From contig JANQMZ010000007.1 in assembly GCA_028279805.1 (NCBI GenBank), positions 1-32,000 of the forward strand: a DNA stretch of 32,000 nucleotides, written 5' to 3'. The notes below the pieces were generated by a model. That model made no database searches, was not told where the DNA came from, and saw only the letters and a program-made list of their open reading frames with translations. Source of the DNA: an archaeon. GTDB lineage: Archaea > Iainarchaeota > Iainarchaeia > Iainarchaeales > JANQMZ01. A program made the translations under genes and the position numbers. This document shows, piece by piece, positions 1-10,511 of this stretch. Within the stretch, counting starts at the first letter, position 1; every line of letters starts with the position of its first letter.

Positions 1-1
1 A

Positions 2-94
2 GAGGAGTTTGTTGCTTCTGAAAGTGGAGAATTTGAATTATACTGCAGGCCTCACAGAGGCGTGGGAATGATCGGAACATTCACAGTAAATTAA
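2..94 (+). CDS. C-terminal fragment of a cupredoxin-like (plastocyanin/COX2-type) protein, truncated by window start
   Basis: Frame from nt 2 reads EEFVASESGEFELYCRPHRGVGMIGTFTVN*; the YCxxHxxxGMxG pattern resembles type-1 or CuA copper-site C-termini. Confidence 0.7.
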   Translation, partial: EEFVASESGEFELYCRPHRGVGMIGTFTVN

Positions 95-130
95 AGGATT
101 AATTAACTTTAATCCTCTTTTTTTTTATTT
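93..130 (+). terminator. Hairpin plus T-rich tract after the cupredoxin-like gene
   Basis: GGATTAA (96-102) pairs with TTAATCC (109-115), followed by a long T-rich run. Confidence 0.55.
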
Positions 131-187
131 TTTTTTAAAAAAATCTTTTTTTAAAACGTTGTTTGTTTTGTTTTATTGTGTTGGTTG

Positions 188-1105
188 ATGGATCTAAGTG
201 TTGATTTTTTAGGAAAAAAATTCAAAAATCCTTTTGTTTTGGCTTCAGGTGTTCCCGGCTCAGGAAATGACAAACTTGTAATTTTTGAAAAAGCTGGTGC
301 GGGCGGAATTACAATAAAAAGTGTTTCTCCCAAGGAAAGAATACAAAACCCTCCTGCAATTATTTCAAGGTTTGACGCGGGTTTAATTAATGCTGTTGGT
401 TTGCCCTGCCCTCCTCTTGAAAAAAGTTTTGAACATGTTTCTTTTTTAAAAAAATCTGTTAAAATTCCTGTAATTGCAAGCGTTGTGGGAATAAATGTTA
501 AGGAATTTGTTGAAGCTGCTTTAAAAATGGAGGAAACAAAAGCTGATTTGATTGAATTGGACATGTCCTGCCCCCATGTTAAAGAATCAATGGGTGTGCC
601 TTTTGCCATGTCTGCTTCACGAGCAGAAAAACTTGTTAAAGCCGTTAAAAAAGAAATTTCAATTCCTTTTTCTGCAAAATTATCCCCGAATGCTCCTGAC
701 ATTCTTGAAATTGCAAAAGCCTGTGAAAAAGCCGGAGCTGATGCTTTAACCGCTGTTAATTCTCTTGGCCCGGGAATGATTATTAATACAAAAACAGCCA
801 AACCTGTTTTGTCAAACAAATATGGAGGAGTAACAGGACCTGCTTTAAGACCTGTTGCTGTTCGATGTGTTCATCAAATTTTTGAAAAAGTCAAAATTCC
901 GATTATTGGCACAGGCGGAATAACTTATGGAAAAGATGCAGTTGAAATGCTAATGGCGGGAGCTACATTGCTTGGCGTTGGCACAGCAGTTTATACTCGT
1001 GGAAACAATGTTTTTGAAAAACTTGAAAAAGAATTGATTGAAGAAATGAAAATGTTAAAATTTGAAAATGTTGCCAAAATAACCGGTTTTGCGCACAAAC
1101 AATAA
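188..1105 (+). CDS. pyrD: Dihydroorotate dehydrogenase, class 1 type (catalytic subunit-like)
   Basis: FMN-barrel motifs ELDMSCPHVKES, AVNSLGPGM, KYGGVTGPALRPVA, IIGTGGITYGKDAVEMLMAGA. ATG at 188 preferred over the TTG at 176. Confidence 0.88.
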   Translation: MDLSVDFLGKKFKNPFVLASGVPGSGNDKLVIFEKAGAGGITIKSVSPKERIQNPPAIISRFDAGLINAVGLPCPPLEKSFEHVSFLKKSVKIPVIASVVGINVKEFVEAALKMEETKADLIELDMSCPHVKESMGVPFAMSASRAEKLVKAVKKEISIPFSAKLSPNAPDILEIAKACEKAGADALTAVNSLGPGMIINTKTAKPVLSNKYGGVTGPALRPVAVRCVHQIFEKVKIPIIGTGGITYGKDAVEMLMAGATLLGVGTAVYTRGNNVFEKLEKELIEEMKMLKFENVAKITGFAHKQ

Positions 1106-1135
1106 CTTTTTTTATTCTGAAAACATTTTCATTTT

Positions 1136-1531
1136 ATGAAATATTATTATTCTGAACGCTGGACCGAAAAAGCAAGGGAAATTGCATTGGCTTTAGGTTT
1201 TTCTCATGTTAAAGCTGACAGAATTTCTGTTATTGTAAGCCAGGGTTCAAAGAGCAGGCATACTATTGCAAGAATTCATTCAATTGGAAAAGCAATGATG
1301 CTGGGAATGAATCAAAAATATTCTTTTTATACAATTGAATTAATTGAAAAACAATTTTTGAAAGAAAGCCCTGAAGAAAAAATTAAAACAATTATTCATG
1401 AATTAATGCATATTCCAAAAACATTTGGCGGTGGATTCAGGGGGCATAAAGGGCATATTACTGAAAAAAGCGTCAATGCTTTGTATAACAAATATGTGAA
1501 TTACAAGAAAACAACAAAGTTAAATGATTAA
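1136..1531 (+). CDS. Putative metallopeptidase with HExxH motif
   Basis: IIHELMHIPKTFGGGFRGH zinc-binding-like motif. Confidence 0.6.
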   Translation: MKYYYSERWTEKAREIALALGFSHVKADRISVIVSQGSKSRHTIARIHSIGKAMMLGMNQKYSFYTIELIEKQFLKESPEEKIKTIIHELMHIPKTFGGGFRGHKGHITEKSVNALYNKYVNYKKTTKLND

Positions 1532-1549
1532 TGCTTTTTTATTGATAAA

Positions 1550-1948
1550 ATGATTTCACACAAAATGGATTACAGGGTTCCATACGGGGATACTGATGCG
1601 CAAGGCGTTGTATATTATGGAACTTATTACAGGTTTTTTGAAATTGCAAGAAACGAGTTTTTTCGTTCATTGGGACTTGAAATGGGTGACTTGGCAAAAA
1701 ACAATGTTCATCATCTTGTACGGAATTTAAATGCGGACTATTTTGCTCCTGCGCATTTTGATGATTTGCTGGAGATAGAAACAAAATTATTGGAAAAAAG
1801 AAATTCAAGTTTTAAATTAGGGTTTGAAGTTAAAAATAAAAAAACTGAAAAACTTTTGAATAAAGCTGAAATTGTTTATGTTTTTATTGATAAAAATTTT
1901 AAAAAAGCACCAATTCCTGATAAAATTAACAAAGTGTTAAGTGAATAA
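1550..1948 (+). CDS. Hotdog-fold acyl-CoA thioesterase (YbgC/4-hydroxybenzoyl-CoA thioesterase family)
   Basis: RVPYGDTDAQGVVYYGTYYRFFEIARNEFFRSLG signature. Confidence 0.85.
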   Translation: MISHKMDYRVPYGDTDAQGVVYYGTYYRFFEIARNEFFRSLGLEMGDLAKNNVHHLVRNLNADYFAPAHFDDLLEIETKLLEKRNSSFKLGFEVKNKKTEKLLNKAEIVYVFIDKNFKKAPIPDKINKVLSE

Positions 1949-1950
1949 AT

Positions 1951-2358
1951 TTGAATGAAAAAGAAATTGCAGAATTATTAAATTCAAATCCTGTAATTGC
2001 TGTAATAGGCGCATCAAAAAATCTTGAAAAAGATTCCCACAAAGTTTTTCGCTATTTGCTGGAAAACGGTTTTAAGACAATTCCTGTTAATCCGACTGCA
2101 CAAGAAATTTTGAATCAAAAATGTTATCCTTCTTTGTCGGATATTCCTTTCAAAATTGACATTGTTGATGTTTTTCGGCCAAGTGAGGAAGCAGTTGAAT
2201 TTACAAAACAGGCAATTGAAAAAAAAGCAAAAGTTGTCTGGCTCCAATTAGGTATTGAAAATCAGGAAGCAAAAGCTTTGGCTGAATCAAATGGTTTAAA
2301 ATTTGTTCAAAATAAATGCATTAAAATCGAGCACTTAAAAATCAATAATAATGCTTAA
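1951..2358 (+). CDS. CoA-binding domain protein (YccU-like)
   Basis: VIAVIGASKNLEKDSHKVFRYLLENGFKTIPVNPTAQEI. Confidence 0.82.
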   Translation: MNEKEIAELLNSNPVIAVIGASKNLEKDSHKVFRYLLENGFKTIPVNPTAQEILNQKCYPSLSDIPFKIDIVDVFRPSEEAVEFTKQAIEKKAKVVWLQLGIENQEAKALAESNGLKFVQNKCIKIEHLKINNNA

Positions 2359-2382
2359 ATATATCAATTTCCCTTTCTTTTC

Positions 2383-2838
2383 ATGCAAAATCAAAAACAT
2401 CGTTCCGGAAGACAAAAGCGTACTTTTGGACAGAAAGCAGCTGATGCTATTGCTGCTGCCGGTGGCAGCTGGGCTTTTATTTTTGTTTTTTTTATTGTTA
2501 TTTTTGTCTGGATGGGTTTAAACACAACTTATCTGTTGTTCGGAGAGTTTGACCCCTATCCTTTTATTTTGCTGAATTTAATGCTTTCATTGTTAGCGGC
2601 AATTCAGGCACCAATTATTTTAATGAGCCAGAATCGTGCAGCTGAGCGTGATCGGGTGCAAATGGAAAGAGACCATTATATTAACAGAAAAGCCGAGCGT
2701 GAAATTAAATCAATGCAGATTGATATTCTGGAAATGAAGGGAATGCTTTCAAAAAACCCTGAAACTAAAGAAATTAAAAAATTAACAACTGAAGTTAAAT
2801 CCTTAAAACACGAACTTGAAAAATATGAAAACAAATGA
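2383..2838 (+). CDS. DUF1003-like membrane protein
   Basis: Two TM segments followed by LMLSLLAAIQAPIILMSQNRAAERDRVQMERDHYINRKAEREI, typical of DUF1003. Confidence 0.8.
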   Translation: MQNQKHRSGRQKRTFGQKAADAIAAAGGSWAFIFVFFIVIFVWMGLNTTYLLFGEFDPYPFILLNLMLSLLAAIQAPIILMSQNRAAERDRVQMERDHYINRKAEREIKSMQIDILEMKGMLSKNPETKEIKKLTTEVKSLKHELEKYENK

Positions 2839-2904
2839 CAAAATTGTCATGCATTACTTTTTAAGTTTTTGGCTAATTCTAATTTATTGAAAGGAGTTGA
2901 TATT

Positions 2905-3510
2905 ATGGAACATAAATTAGAACCATTATCATATGGTTATGATGCATTAGAACCTTTTATTGATGCACAAACAATGGAAATTCATCATTCAAAACATCAT
3001 CAGGCTTACATTAACAAATTAAATGCAGCGTTGGAAGGACATGATGACTTAAAAGAAAAAACAGCTGAAGAATTAATTTCAGATTTAAACAGCATTCCGG
3101 AAGAAATTCGTGGTGCTGTCAGAAACCATGGGGGAGGGCATGCAAACCATTCCTTGTTTTGGAAAATTTTAAAAAAAGACACTTCATTGGAAGGAAACAT
3201 TGCTGATGCAATTAATTCTTCTTTCGGTTCTTTTGACAAATTCAAGGAAAGCTTTTCAAATGCAGCAAACACTTTGTTCGGAAGCGGCTGGGCCTGGCTT
3301 GTTTCAAATGCCGGAAAACTTGAAATAATGCACACTCACAATCAGGACAGTCCTTTAAGCCAGGGCAAAACACCTTTGCTTGGATTGGATGTATGGGAAC
3401 ATTCTTATTATTTAAAATACCAGAACAAAAGGCCGGACTATGTTGAAGCATTTTTTAATGTAATTAACTGGAACCAGGTTAATGAAAATTTTGAAAATGC
3501 AAACAAATAA
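2905..3510 (+). CDS. sod: Fe/Mn superoxide dismutase
   Basis: [65 protein letters not shown]; AAAGGAG upstream of the ATG at 2905. Confidence 0.96.
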   Translation: MEHKLEPLSYGYDALEPFIDAQTMEIHHSKHHQAYINKLNAALEGHDDLKEKTAEELISDLNSIPEEIRGAVRNHGGGHANHSLFWKILKKDTSLEGNIADAINSSFGSFDKFKESFSNAANTLFGSGWAWLVSNAGKLEIMHTHNQDSPLSQGKTPLLGLDVWEHSYYLKYQNKRPDYVEAFFNVINWNQVNENFENANK

Positions 3511-3515
3511 TTTTT

Positions 3516-4142
3516 ATGAAACAATTATTGCAAGAAATTCAAACTGTCAAAAACAATCCGGAAATTAAAAAAACAATTAGTTCCAGATTAAAAGAATTTG
3601 AAGAATTCGGAAAAAATGATGACAAAGTATTTTCCGAATTATGTTTCTGCATTACAACAGCAAATTTTGATGCTGAAAGAAGCATTAAAATTCAGAACGA
3701 AATAGGAAAAGGCTTTGAATCCTTAACAGAAAAACAATTAGCCAAAAAACTCAAAGAATTAGGTTACAGATTTCCCAATATTAGAGCCAAATTTATTGTT
3801 GAATCACGCAAACACAAACCCGTTCTGCCTCAAATTCTGTCAAATGGCAAAACTGATGCTGAGTTAAGAGAATGGTTTGTTGCAAATGTAAAAGGTTTTA
3901 GTTATAAGGAAGCAAGCCATTTTTTACGAAACATTGGTTTTAAGGATTTGGCAATAATTGATTTTCACATTGTTGATGTCTTGGCAAAACATAATTTGAT
4001 TGAAAAGCCCAAAACAATGAATAAAGCAAAATATTTTGAAATTGAATCATTGTTGAAAGAAATTGGCAAAAAAACTGACATGAATATGGCTGAATTAGAC
4101 TTATACCTTTGGTATTTGGAAACTGGAAAAATTTTAAAATAA
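3516..4142 (+). CDS. ogg: N-glycosylase/DNA lyase, archaeal Ogg2-type 8-oxoguanine DNA glycosylase
   Basis: LCFCITTANFDAERS, LGYRFPNIRAKFI, VKGFSYKEASHFLRNIGFKDLAIIDFHIVD. Confidence 0.85.
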   Translation: MKQLLQEIQTVKNNPEIKKTISSRLKEFEEFGKNDDKVFSELCFCITTANFDAERSIKIQNEIGKGFESLTEKQLAKKLKELGYRFPNIRAKFIVESRKHKPVLPQILSNGKTDAELREWFVANVKGFSYKEASHFLRNIGFKDLAIIDFHIVDVLAKHNLIEKPKTMNKAKYFEIESLLKEIGKKTDMNMAELDLYLWYLETGKILK

Positions 4143-4157
4143 AGAGGAGGTGATTTA

Positions 4158-4532
4158 ATGGATCCGGTTGTACATTTTGAAATTCCGTTTGAAAAAATTG
4201 AACGTGCAAAAGAATTTTATGAAAAAACTTTTGGCTGGCAGATAAACAATGTTCCTGAAATGAATTATAATCTGATTACAACAGCTGAAACGGATGAAAA
4301 TCAGATGATTAAAAAACCAGGAGCAATTAACGGCGGAATGACAGAAAAAAATGAAATCAACAAAAATGTTTTAATCACAATCAAAGTTTCATCAATTGAT
4401 GATTACCTGAAAACAATTCCTGAAAATGGCGGCAAAATTTTAATGGAAAAACAAACAGTAGGAGATATGGGTTTTACTGCTTATTTTGAGGACACTGAAG
4501 CAAATATTGTTGGTTTGTGGCAAGACAAATAG
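4158..4532 (+). CDS. VOC (glyoxalase-fold) family protein
   Basis: VVHFEIPFEKIERAKEFYEKTFGWQINNVPEMNYNLI and C-terminal GFTAYFEDTEANIVGLWQ. Confidence 0.85.
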   Translation: MDPVVHFEIPFEKIERAKEFYEKTFGWQINNVPEMNYNLITTAETDENQMIKKPGAINGGMTEKNEINKNVLITIKVSSIDDYLKTIPENGGKILMEKQTVGDMGFTAYFEDTEANIVGLWQDK

Positions 4533-4583
4533 TTGGAATAAATATGGAAAAACATTTAACAATGAAAAAACCAACTTTTTAAC

Positions 4584-5657
4584 ATGAGTGGTGCCTGGAT
4601 AATCGGAGGAATTGTTGCTTTAGCCATAATTGCTTTAGTCTTTTTTCCCCCTCCGGTCAGCCAAGAACCCCGTGAATCAGATCTTCCCCCGGATTCTGTG
4701 GATTCATTTTCAGGGGATTCCTCTTCTGAATCCCCTCCCCCCGATTTAAAAGAAGAAAATTCTGATCTGGATATTAAAATTCATGAACAGGAACTGGGTT
4801 TTGCCCATCTTGGATTAAAAACAAATACTGCAATCAAAGACATTCCGCTTAACCAGCTTTTGTCAGGAGGTCCGGGTAAAGACGGAATTCCTGCAGTAAG
4901 AAAACCAAAATTTTTGCCTTTGTCAGAAAAACCTGATTCTGTTAAACTTGATACGCTTGGATTGGTTGTCGGAAAAAATCCTGTAAAGTTTTATCCTTAC
5001 AACATTTTAGTATGGCATGAAATTGTTGATGATACTGTTGACGGTATTCCAGTTGCAGTAACATTTTGCCCATTATGCGGTTCAGGCATAGTTTTTGAAA
5101 GAACTGTTAACAATCAGGAATTAGAATTTGGCGTTTCAGGATTATTGCATGAATCAAACCTGGTAATGTATGATGATAAAACAGAATCATTATGGTCACA
5201 GGCATCAGGAAAAGCAATTGTAGGAGATTTTACAGGAACACAGTTAAAGCTGTTTCCTTCAAGTTTAATCACTTTTGAACAGTTTTCTCAAAATCATTCA
5301 GACGGGCTTGTTTTATCGGATGAAACCGGGCATTTTAGAAACTATGAATTTTATCCTTACGGGTCTTATGAAAGAAATGCTTCCATTTATTTTCCGATAA
5401 GCGATTTTGATAACAGTTTGCCTGCAAAAGAAATTGTTTTTGCAATTCCTTTGGAAAATGCTGTTGCATTGTTTCCCTTTGAAAAACTAAAAACACAAAA
5501 ACAAGCTTCACTTGAGGCAGACGGAAAACAAATAGAACTAACATTAAACAACGGTGAAATAACTACATTGGTTGACGGAGAAGAAAAACCCGGTTATTAT
5601 TCAATGTATTTTTCTGTTGCTGTTTCAAATGATAACCTGGTAATCTGGGACTTATAA
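4584..5657 (+). CDS. DUF3179-like protein with N-terminal membrane anchor
   Basis: N-terminal TM followed by VTFCPLCGSGIVFERTVNNQELEFGVSGLLHESNLVMYDDKTESLWSQASGKAI. Confidence 0.85.
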   Translation: MSGAWIIGGIVALAIIALVFFPPPVSQEPRESDLPPDSVDSFSGDSSSESPPPDLKEENSDLDIKIHEQELGFAHLGLKTNTAIKDIPLNQLLSGGPGKDGIPAVRKPKFLPLSEKPDSVKLDTLGLVVGKNPVKFYPYNILVWHEIVDDTVDGIPVAVTFCPLCGSGIVFERTVNNQELEFGVSGLLHESNLVMYDDKTESLWSQASGKAIVGDFTGTQLKLFPSSLITFEQFSQNHSDGLVLSDETGHFRNYEFYPYGSYERNASIYFPISDFDNSLPAKEIVFAIPLENAVALFPFEKLKTQKQASLEADGKQIELTLNNGEITTLVDGEEKPGYYSMYFSVAVSNDNLVIWDL

Positions 5658-6644
5658 GGATTCAATTACATTTTTTAAAATTCTGACAGTTTTTTCAAAT
5701 TCTTTTTTGCTTAAATGTTCTTTATCCGTATGGTCAAGTTTTGAATCTCCGCAGCCATAAGTTACTATTGGGCATGGCCATTTTTTTGCCAGAATATTCA
5801 TATCACTCGTTCCGGTTTTTATTTTAAAACCTGGCTTTCCTTTTTCTTTTCTAATTGATTTCAAAAAAGATCTTACTAACAGATTGTTTTTTTCAACTTT
5901 TATTGCTTCAAGTTCCTGTAAAAAAATAATTTTTGCTTTTCCCGCTTTTTGTTTAATAATTTTTTTCATTTTTTTAAAATTAAACCCTAACGGAACACGT
6001 AAAACAATTTTTGCTTCCGCTTTTTGGTCATCCGCTTCTATTTTTCTTAACTCAAAACCTGTTTCACTAAAACCGTTTCCCGAATCAGGAATTTCTTTTT
6101 TTAAATCATTAACAAACTGAATCAAATCATTTGCAGCTGAATTTCCTGAAGAAAAATGTTCTCTTTTTCTTTTCAAAGAATAAGAAAAATTTAACACGCC
6201 TTTATATCCGACAGTAACTGAATTCCATCCGCTTGGCTCTCCAACAATGCAATAATTTGGTTTAAAAGATTTTGACAAAAACCATGCTCCTTTGCTTGTG
6301 GGACATTCTTCTTCAACGGTTCCGACAACAGCAACCGTTTTATCAGTTTCAGAAATTGTAGCGGCTTCAATCATTGCAGCCAGCGTCCCTTTTGTATCAA
6401 CAACGCCCCTGCCCCATAAAACCCCTTTTTTCATTTTAACAGGCAATTTTCCGGGAACAGTGTCCATATGTGCTTCTAACACTATTTCAGGTTTTCCTTT
6501 GCCTTTGATTCCAACTGCGTTCCCTACTTTATCCAGATATGCCTTAAAACCACGTTTTTTTAGCTCTTTAACTAAAAATTTTGCAAGTTTTTGCTCTTCA
6601 TATGACGGAGAATAAATTTGCACCATTTTTTTTAAAAGATTCAT
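5652..6644 (-). CDS. lysK: [LysW]-lysine/[LysW]-ornithine hydrolase (M20 family)
   Basis: EAHMDTVPG, GRGVVDTKGTLAAMIEAA, GTVEEECPTSKGA; terminal gene of the LysW-dependent cluster. Confidence 0.87.
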   Translation of the reverse strand: MNLLKKMVQIYSPSYEEQKLAKFLVKELKKRGFKAYLDKVGNAVGIKGKGKPEIVLEAHMDTVPGKLPVKMKKGVLWGRGVVDTKGTLAAMIEAATISETDKTVAVVGTVEEECPTSKGAWFLSKSFKPNYCIVGEPSGWNSVTVGYKGVLNFSYSLKRKREHFSSGNSAANDLIQFVNDLKKEIPDSGNGFSETGFELRKIEADDQKAEAKIVLRVPLGFNFKKMKKIIKQKAGKAKIIFLQELEAIKVEKNNLLVRSFLKSIRKEKGKPGFKIKTGTSDMNILAKKWPCPIVTYGCGDSKLDHTDKEHLSKKEFEKTVRILKNVIESL

Positions 6645-7798
6645 TTTAACACTTTTTCAAGCTTTTCAACAGCTTCATCTATCTGTTTTTCTGTTATAAT
6701 CAACGGAGGCAAAAATCTTATCACCGTTTTTCCCGACGGAATGACAAGAATTCCTTTTTCCATTAACGCACTTATGTAAGGGCCTGCTCTCTCTTTTAAT
6801 TCAACCGCAACCATTAAACCTTTGCCTCTTACCTGCCTTATTTTTGAAGAATTTATTTGTTTTAATTTTTTTAAAAAATATTCTCCTTTTTTTTGAGCCT
6901 GTTCCGGAAGGTTTTTTTCCAGCATAAATTCTACTGCGGCCAGTGCTGCTGCAGAACCTAAAGGGTTTCCTCCGAAAGTTGAAGAATGGCTTTTTTTTGG
7001 AACTTTGCCTGTGATTTTTTCAGTTGTGATGGTTGCCCCTATAGGATAACCTCCGCCTAAAGATTTTGAAACACAAACAATGTCCGGTTCAATTCCATAA
7101 TGTTCAAATCCGAACATTTTTCCCGTTCTTCCAAAACCGGTTTGAATTTCATCAACAATTAACAAAATGTTTTTTTCCCTGCATATTTTTTGAACATTTT
7201 TTAAATAATTTTCATCAGGCAAAATAAAACCTGCTTCGCCCTGAATAGGCTCAACAATAAAAGCAGCTGTATCATCATTAATGGTTTCCTTTAGTTTTTC
7301 AATATTGTTAAAAGGCACATGGGTAAATTCAGGCACCAACGGCTTGAAAGCTTCTCTGTAATCAGGATTGTGTGTTGCGCTTACAGAACCAAAAGTTCTT
7401 CCGTGAAACGCGCGCATGCATGCAATAATTTTTTTTTTACCTGTTGCAGCTCTTGCAAATTTTAAAGCAGCTTCAACTGATTCCGCACCGGAATTGCATA
7501 AATAAACTTTGTTTAATTTTTCTGAAAATAATGAGGCAAGCTTTTTCATCAGTTTTGCTCTTACAGAATTATAAAAATTTGAATAAACATGAATTAATTC
7601 CGGTGCCTGTGATTCAATTGCTTTTACAACATTGTCATTGCAATGCCCTACATTTGCAGTTCCATAACTTGCCCCGAAATCCAGGTATTTTTTGCCCTCG
7701 GAATCCCAAAGCAAAGCACCTTTTCCTTTGACTATCGAAACAGGCCTTTTTTTTATAATGCCCGGGTCATAAAAATCTTCAGTCTGAATATCATTCAT
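6641..7798 (-). CDS. lysJ: [LysW]-aminoadipate/glutamate semialdehyde aminotransferase
   Basis: Class III aminotransferase: LLIVDEIQTGFGRTGKMFGFEHYGIEPDIVCVSKSLGGGYPIGA, THSSTFGGNPLGSAAALAA. Confidence 0.9.
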   Translation of the reverse strand: MNDIQTEDFYDPGIIKKRPVSIVKGKGALLWDSEGKKYLDFGASYGTANVGHCNDNVVKAIESQAPELIHVYSNFYNSVRAKLMKKLASLFSEKLNKVYLCNSGAESVEAALKFARAATGKKKIIACMRAFHGRTFGSVSATHNPDYREAFKPLVPEFTHVPFNNIEKLKETINDDTAAFIVEPIQGEAGFILPDENYLKNVQKICREKNILLIVDEIQTGFGRTGKMFGFEHYGIEPDIVCVSKSLGGGYPIGATITTEKITGKVPKKSHSSTFGGNPLGSAAALAAVEFMLEKNLPEQAQKKGEYFLKKLKQINSSKIRQVRGKGLMVAVELKERAGPYISALMEKGILVIPSGKTVIRFLPPLIITEKQIDEAVEKLEKVLK

Positions 7799-8600
7799 TC
7801 AAAAACACTGTCCCCTGCCCGTTTAAAGCGCTTTTAATTGGATTTTCAATATTTGCTGAACCTATTACCACTTTTTGAACGCCTTTTTCAAAAGCATTTT
7901 TTGCAGCCAAAACCTTTTTTTTCATTCTTCCTTTTGCTGAATCCAAAGCAGAATCAATGTTTTTAGAAGAAATTTTTTTAATCAAAGAATTTTCATTATC
8001 AATGTTTTCCAGCAAACCTGAAACATTTGACAACAAAAGCAATGCATCCGCTTTTAATTCAACAGCCAATACCGCTGCAGAAAAATCTCCGTCAACATTT
8101 ACAGCTTTATTGTCAAAGCTGATTGCCGGAGGAGTCAGAACAGGAACAAAATTGTTGTCAAGCAACAATTTAATCAGTTGAGCATTAACTTTTTCTGTTC
8201 TGCCGCTTAAATCATTTTTAACCAGTTTAATTTTTTCATTTTCTTTTATTCTTATTGCGGAATTTCTTTTTGCTTCAAAAATTCTCCCGTCAATTCCTGA
8301 CAAACCAACAGCATTAATTCCTTTTGCCTGTAACATTTCAACAATTTTTTTATTCATTTTGCCGCAGTAAGCCATTTCAAATAATTCTAAAACTTTTTCA
8401 TCAGTTTTTCTGCTTTCAAAACCTGATTCCAAGTTATAGGTTTCTAAAGGAATTCCTAATTTTTGCTGCAATTCGTTTAATTCATCTGATGCTCCGTGAA
8501 CCAGAACAATTTTTTCATTTAAATGGATAAGTTCTTTAACAATATTGTCAAGATTTATTCCTTTGCTGCCTCCAATCTTAACAACCAACATTTTTTTCAC
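7791..8600 (-). CDS. lysZ: [LysW]-aminoadipate/glutamate kinase
   Basis: Amino-acid kinase fold: VVKIGGSKG, VLVHGAS, NVDGDFSAAVLAVELKADALLLLSNVSGLL; located in the LysW cluster. Confidence 0.88.
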   Translation of the reverse strand: MKKMLVVKIGGSKGINLDNIVKELIHLNEKIVLVHGASDELNELQQKLGIPLETYNLESGFESRKTDEKVLELFEMAYCGKMNKKIVEMLQAKGINAVGLSGIDGRIFEAKRNSAIRIKENEKIKLVKNDLSGRTEKVNAQLIKLLLDNNFVPVLTPPAISFDNKAVNVDGDFSAAVLAVELKADALLLLSNVSGLLENIDNENSLIKKISSKNIDSALDSAKGRMKKKVLAAKNAFEKGVQKVVIGSANIENPIKSALNGQGTVFLNE

Positions 8601-8602
8601 CG

Positions 8603-9634
8603 TTAAACAGGATGCAAACCCAAATCATTTAAGCCCAATGATTCTTCAAATCCCATCATTAAATTCATGCTTTGAATTCCCTGCCCTGCACTTCCCCTGC
8701 ACAAATTGTCAATTGCTGTAAAAACAATTACTCTGCCGGAACGGGGATCAATTGTAAAACCAATATCAACAAAATTTGTTCCTGCAACAATTTTTGGTTC
8801 AGGCAGTCTGTAAACTCCTTCCCTGTCCTTAACAATTCTTACAAATTGTTCATCTGAATAAGCTTCCCTGAATTTTTGCCACACATCTTTTTCCGATAAT
8901 TTTTCTTTTAAAGTCAGATGCGTTGTTCCAAGAATTCCCCGCACCATTTGAATTGCATGCGCAGTAACATCAACTTTTATTCCTGTTTCCTGTTCTGCTT
9001 CAGCCGAATGCCTGTGTAAAAAAGGGCTGTATGGACGAACAGCATTTGTTCTTTCAGGATGATGGGATGCCATTGAAAAAGCAGCTCCTGAAGCACTTGA
9101 ACCAACCTTTAAGTCAATTATTGCTTTTTCAGTGAATTCTCGTAAAGGCCATAATGAAAAAATCATTGTAGTTGCACCACAGCCCGGTCCGGCAACCAAA
9201 GAAGCTTTTTTGATTTCTTCCCTGTGTAATTCGGGAATTCCGTAAACTGATTCTTTTAACAATTCTGGATTGGCATGTTCAAATTTATACCATTTTTTGT
9301 AATCATCAGCATTGTTTAACCTGTAGTCAGCACTCAAATCAACAATTTTTTTCGCCAATTTTTGATATTGGGGCAATTCTTTGTTCATTATTCCGTGTGG
9401 TGTTGCCAAAAACAAAAAATCTGTTTCACTTAATTCTGATTTGTCAACAAATACTCCTTCAAATCTTTTTCTTAAATTCGGGTGAATCATTGAAACTCTT
9501 TTGCCCTGGTTTTGCTGGCAGGTTAACTGATTAATTTCAACATTTGGATGATTCAATAATAATCTTAATAGTTCTCCTCCGGCATAACCGGAAGCACCAA
9601 CAATTGAAACTTTTATTTTTTCCACAACATTCAC
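8603..9634 (-). CDS. lysY: [LysW]-aminoadipyl/glutamyl phosphate reductase (ArgC-like)
   Basis: [43 protein letters not shown]; cluster context. Confidence 0.9.
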   Translation of the reverse strand: MNVVEKIKVSIVGASGYAGGELLRLLLNHPNVEINQLTCQQNQGKRVSMIHPNLRKRFEGVFVDKSELSETDFLFLATPHGIMNKELPQYQKLAKKIVDLSADYRLNNADDYKKWYKFEHANPELLKESVYGIPELHREEIKKASLVAGPGCGATTMIFSLWPLREFTEKAIIDLKVGSSASGAAFSMASHHPERTNAVRPYSPFLHRHSAEAEQETGIKVDVTAHAIQMVRGILGTTHLTLKEKLSEKDVWQKFREAYSDEQFVRIVKDREGVYRLPEPKIVAGTNFVDIGFTIDPRSGRVIVFTAIDNLCRGSAGQGIQSMNLMMGFEESLGLNDLGLHPV

Positions 9635-10470
9635 CTTTTTGCCTGTGCAATTGCATATTCAACAATTTTTTCAGGAATATTAACGCCGGTAGCCACAATG
9701 CTGTTTCTGAATTCCATTGTATAATTAACTTCGTTAACCATTAACCCTTTGCCGGATTCAAACAGGTCTACAGCTAAAACTCCTCCGCCCACAGCCTCAG
9801 ATGCTTTTAATGATAATTCTTTTATTTCATCGGTTATCGGACAATTTTCAGTTTTTGCCCCTCTTGCAGTGTTTGTAATCCAGTGTTTTGAATTCCTGTA
9901 AATTCCGCATATGACTTCATCTCCTACAACAAATGTCCTGATGTCCCTTTCAGGTTTTTCAATGTATTCCTGAATGTAAATAATTGAATGATAGTAGCTG
10001 CCTAATTTTGTTTTATGTTCTAATACTGCTTCAGCTGCATCCCTGTCATTAATTTTTGACATTAACCTGCCCCACGAACCCGTGTCCGGTTTTAAAACGC
10101 AGGGATAACCCATGTCCTCTATGGCTTTTAATGCTGATTCGTCTTCAAAAGCCATTTTGACTTTTGGTGTTGGCACATTGTTTTTAATTAAAGCCTGGCT
10201 TGTTAAAAATTTTGAACCGCACGTATGCGCAACATTGTAAGAATTAATGCAGTTTATTCCCGAATCTTCTAAAATTTTTAAAACGTATAATGCTCGTGCA
10301 TGGCTTAAGCATCGTTCCAACGCTGTATTAAAATCAAATTTTGAATCCTGCAAATCAAAAATGTCTTCGCGAACATTTATTTTTTCAATTTTTACATTTT
10401 TTTTTGCAAATTCTTCCAGAAGCATTTTTTCTTCTGGTCTGACGACAGCGTAAATAAAACCTAAACTCAT
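9631..10470 (-). CDS. lysX: LysX/ArgX-type ATP-grasp [LysW]-aminoadipate/glutamate ligase
   Basis: [49 protein letters not shown]. Confidence 0.9.
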   Translation of the reverse strand: MSLGFIYAVVRPEEKMLLEEFAKKNVKIEKINVREDIFDLQDSKFDFNTALERCLSHARALYVLKILEDSGINCINSYNVAHTCGSKFLTSQALIKNNVPTPKVKMAFEDESALKAIEDMGYPCVLKPDTGSWGRLMSKINDRDAAEAVLEHKTKLGSYYHSIIYIQEYIEKPERDIRTFVVGDEVICGIYRNSKHWITNTARGAKTENCPITDEIKELSLKASEAVGGGVLAVDLFESGKGLMVNEVNYTMEFRNSIVATGVNIPEKIVEYAIAQAKR

Positions 10471-10511
10471 AAGGAAAACCGGGGAAAAATTTTGATTTTT
10501 TTAAAAGCTAA

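Noticed and set aside
151-819. 222-aa minus-strand ORF opposite the pyrD-like gene
   Set aside because: Antisense shadow of a strongly recognisable dihydroorotate dehydrogenase; composition looks like reverse-complement artefact.
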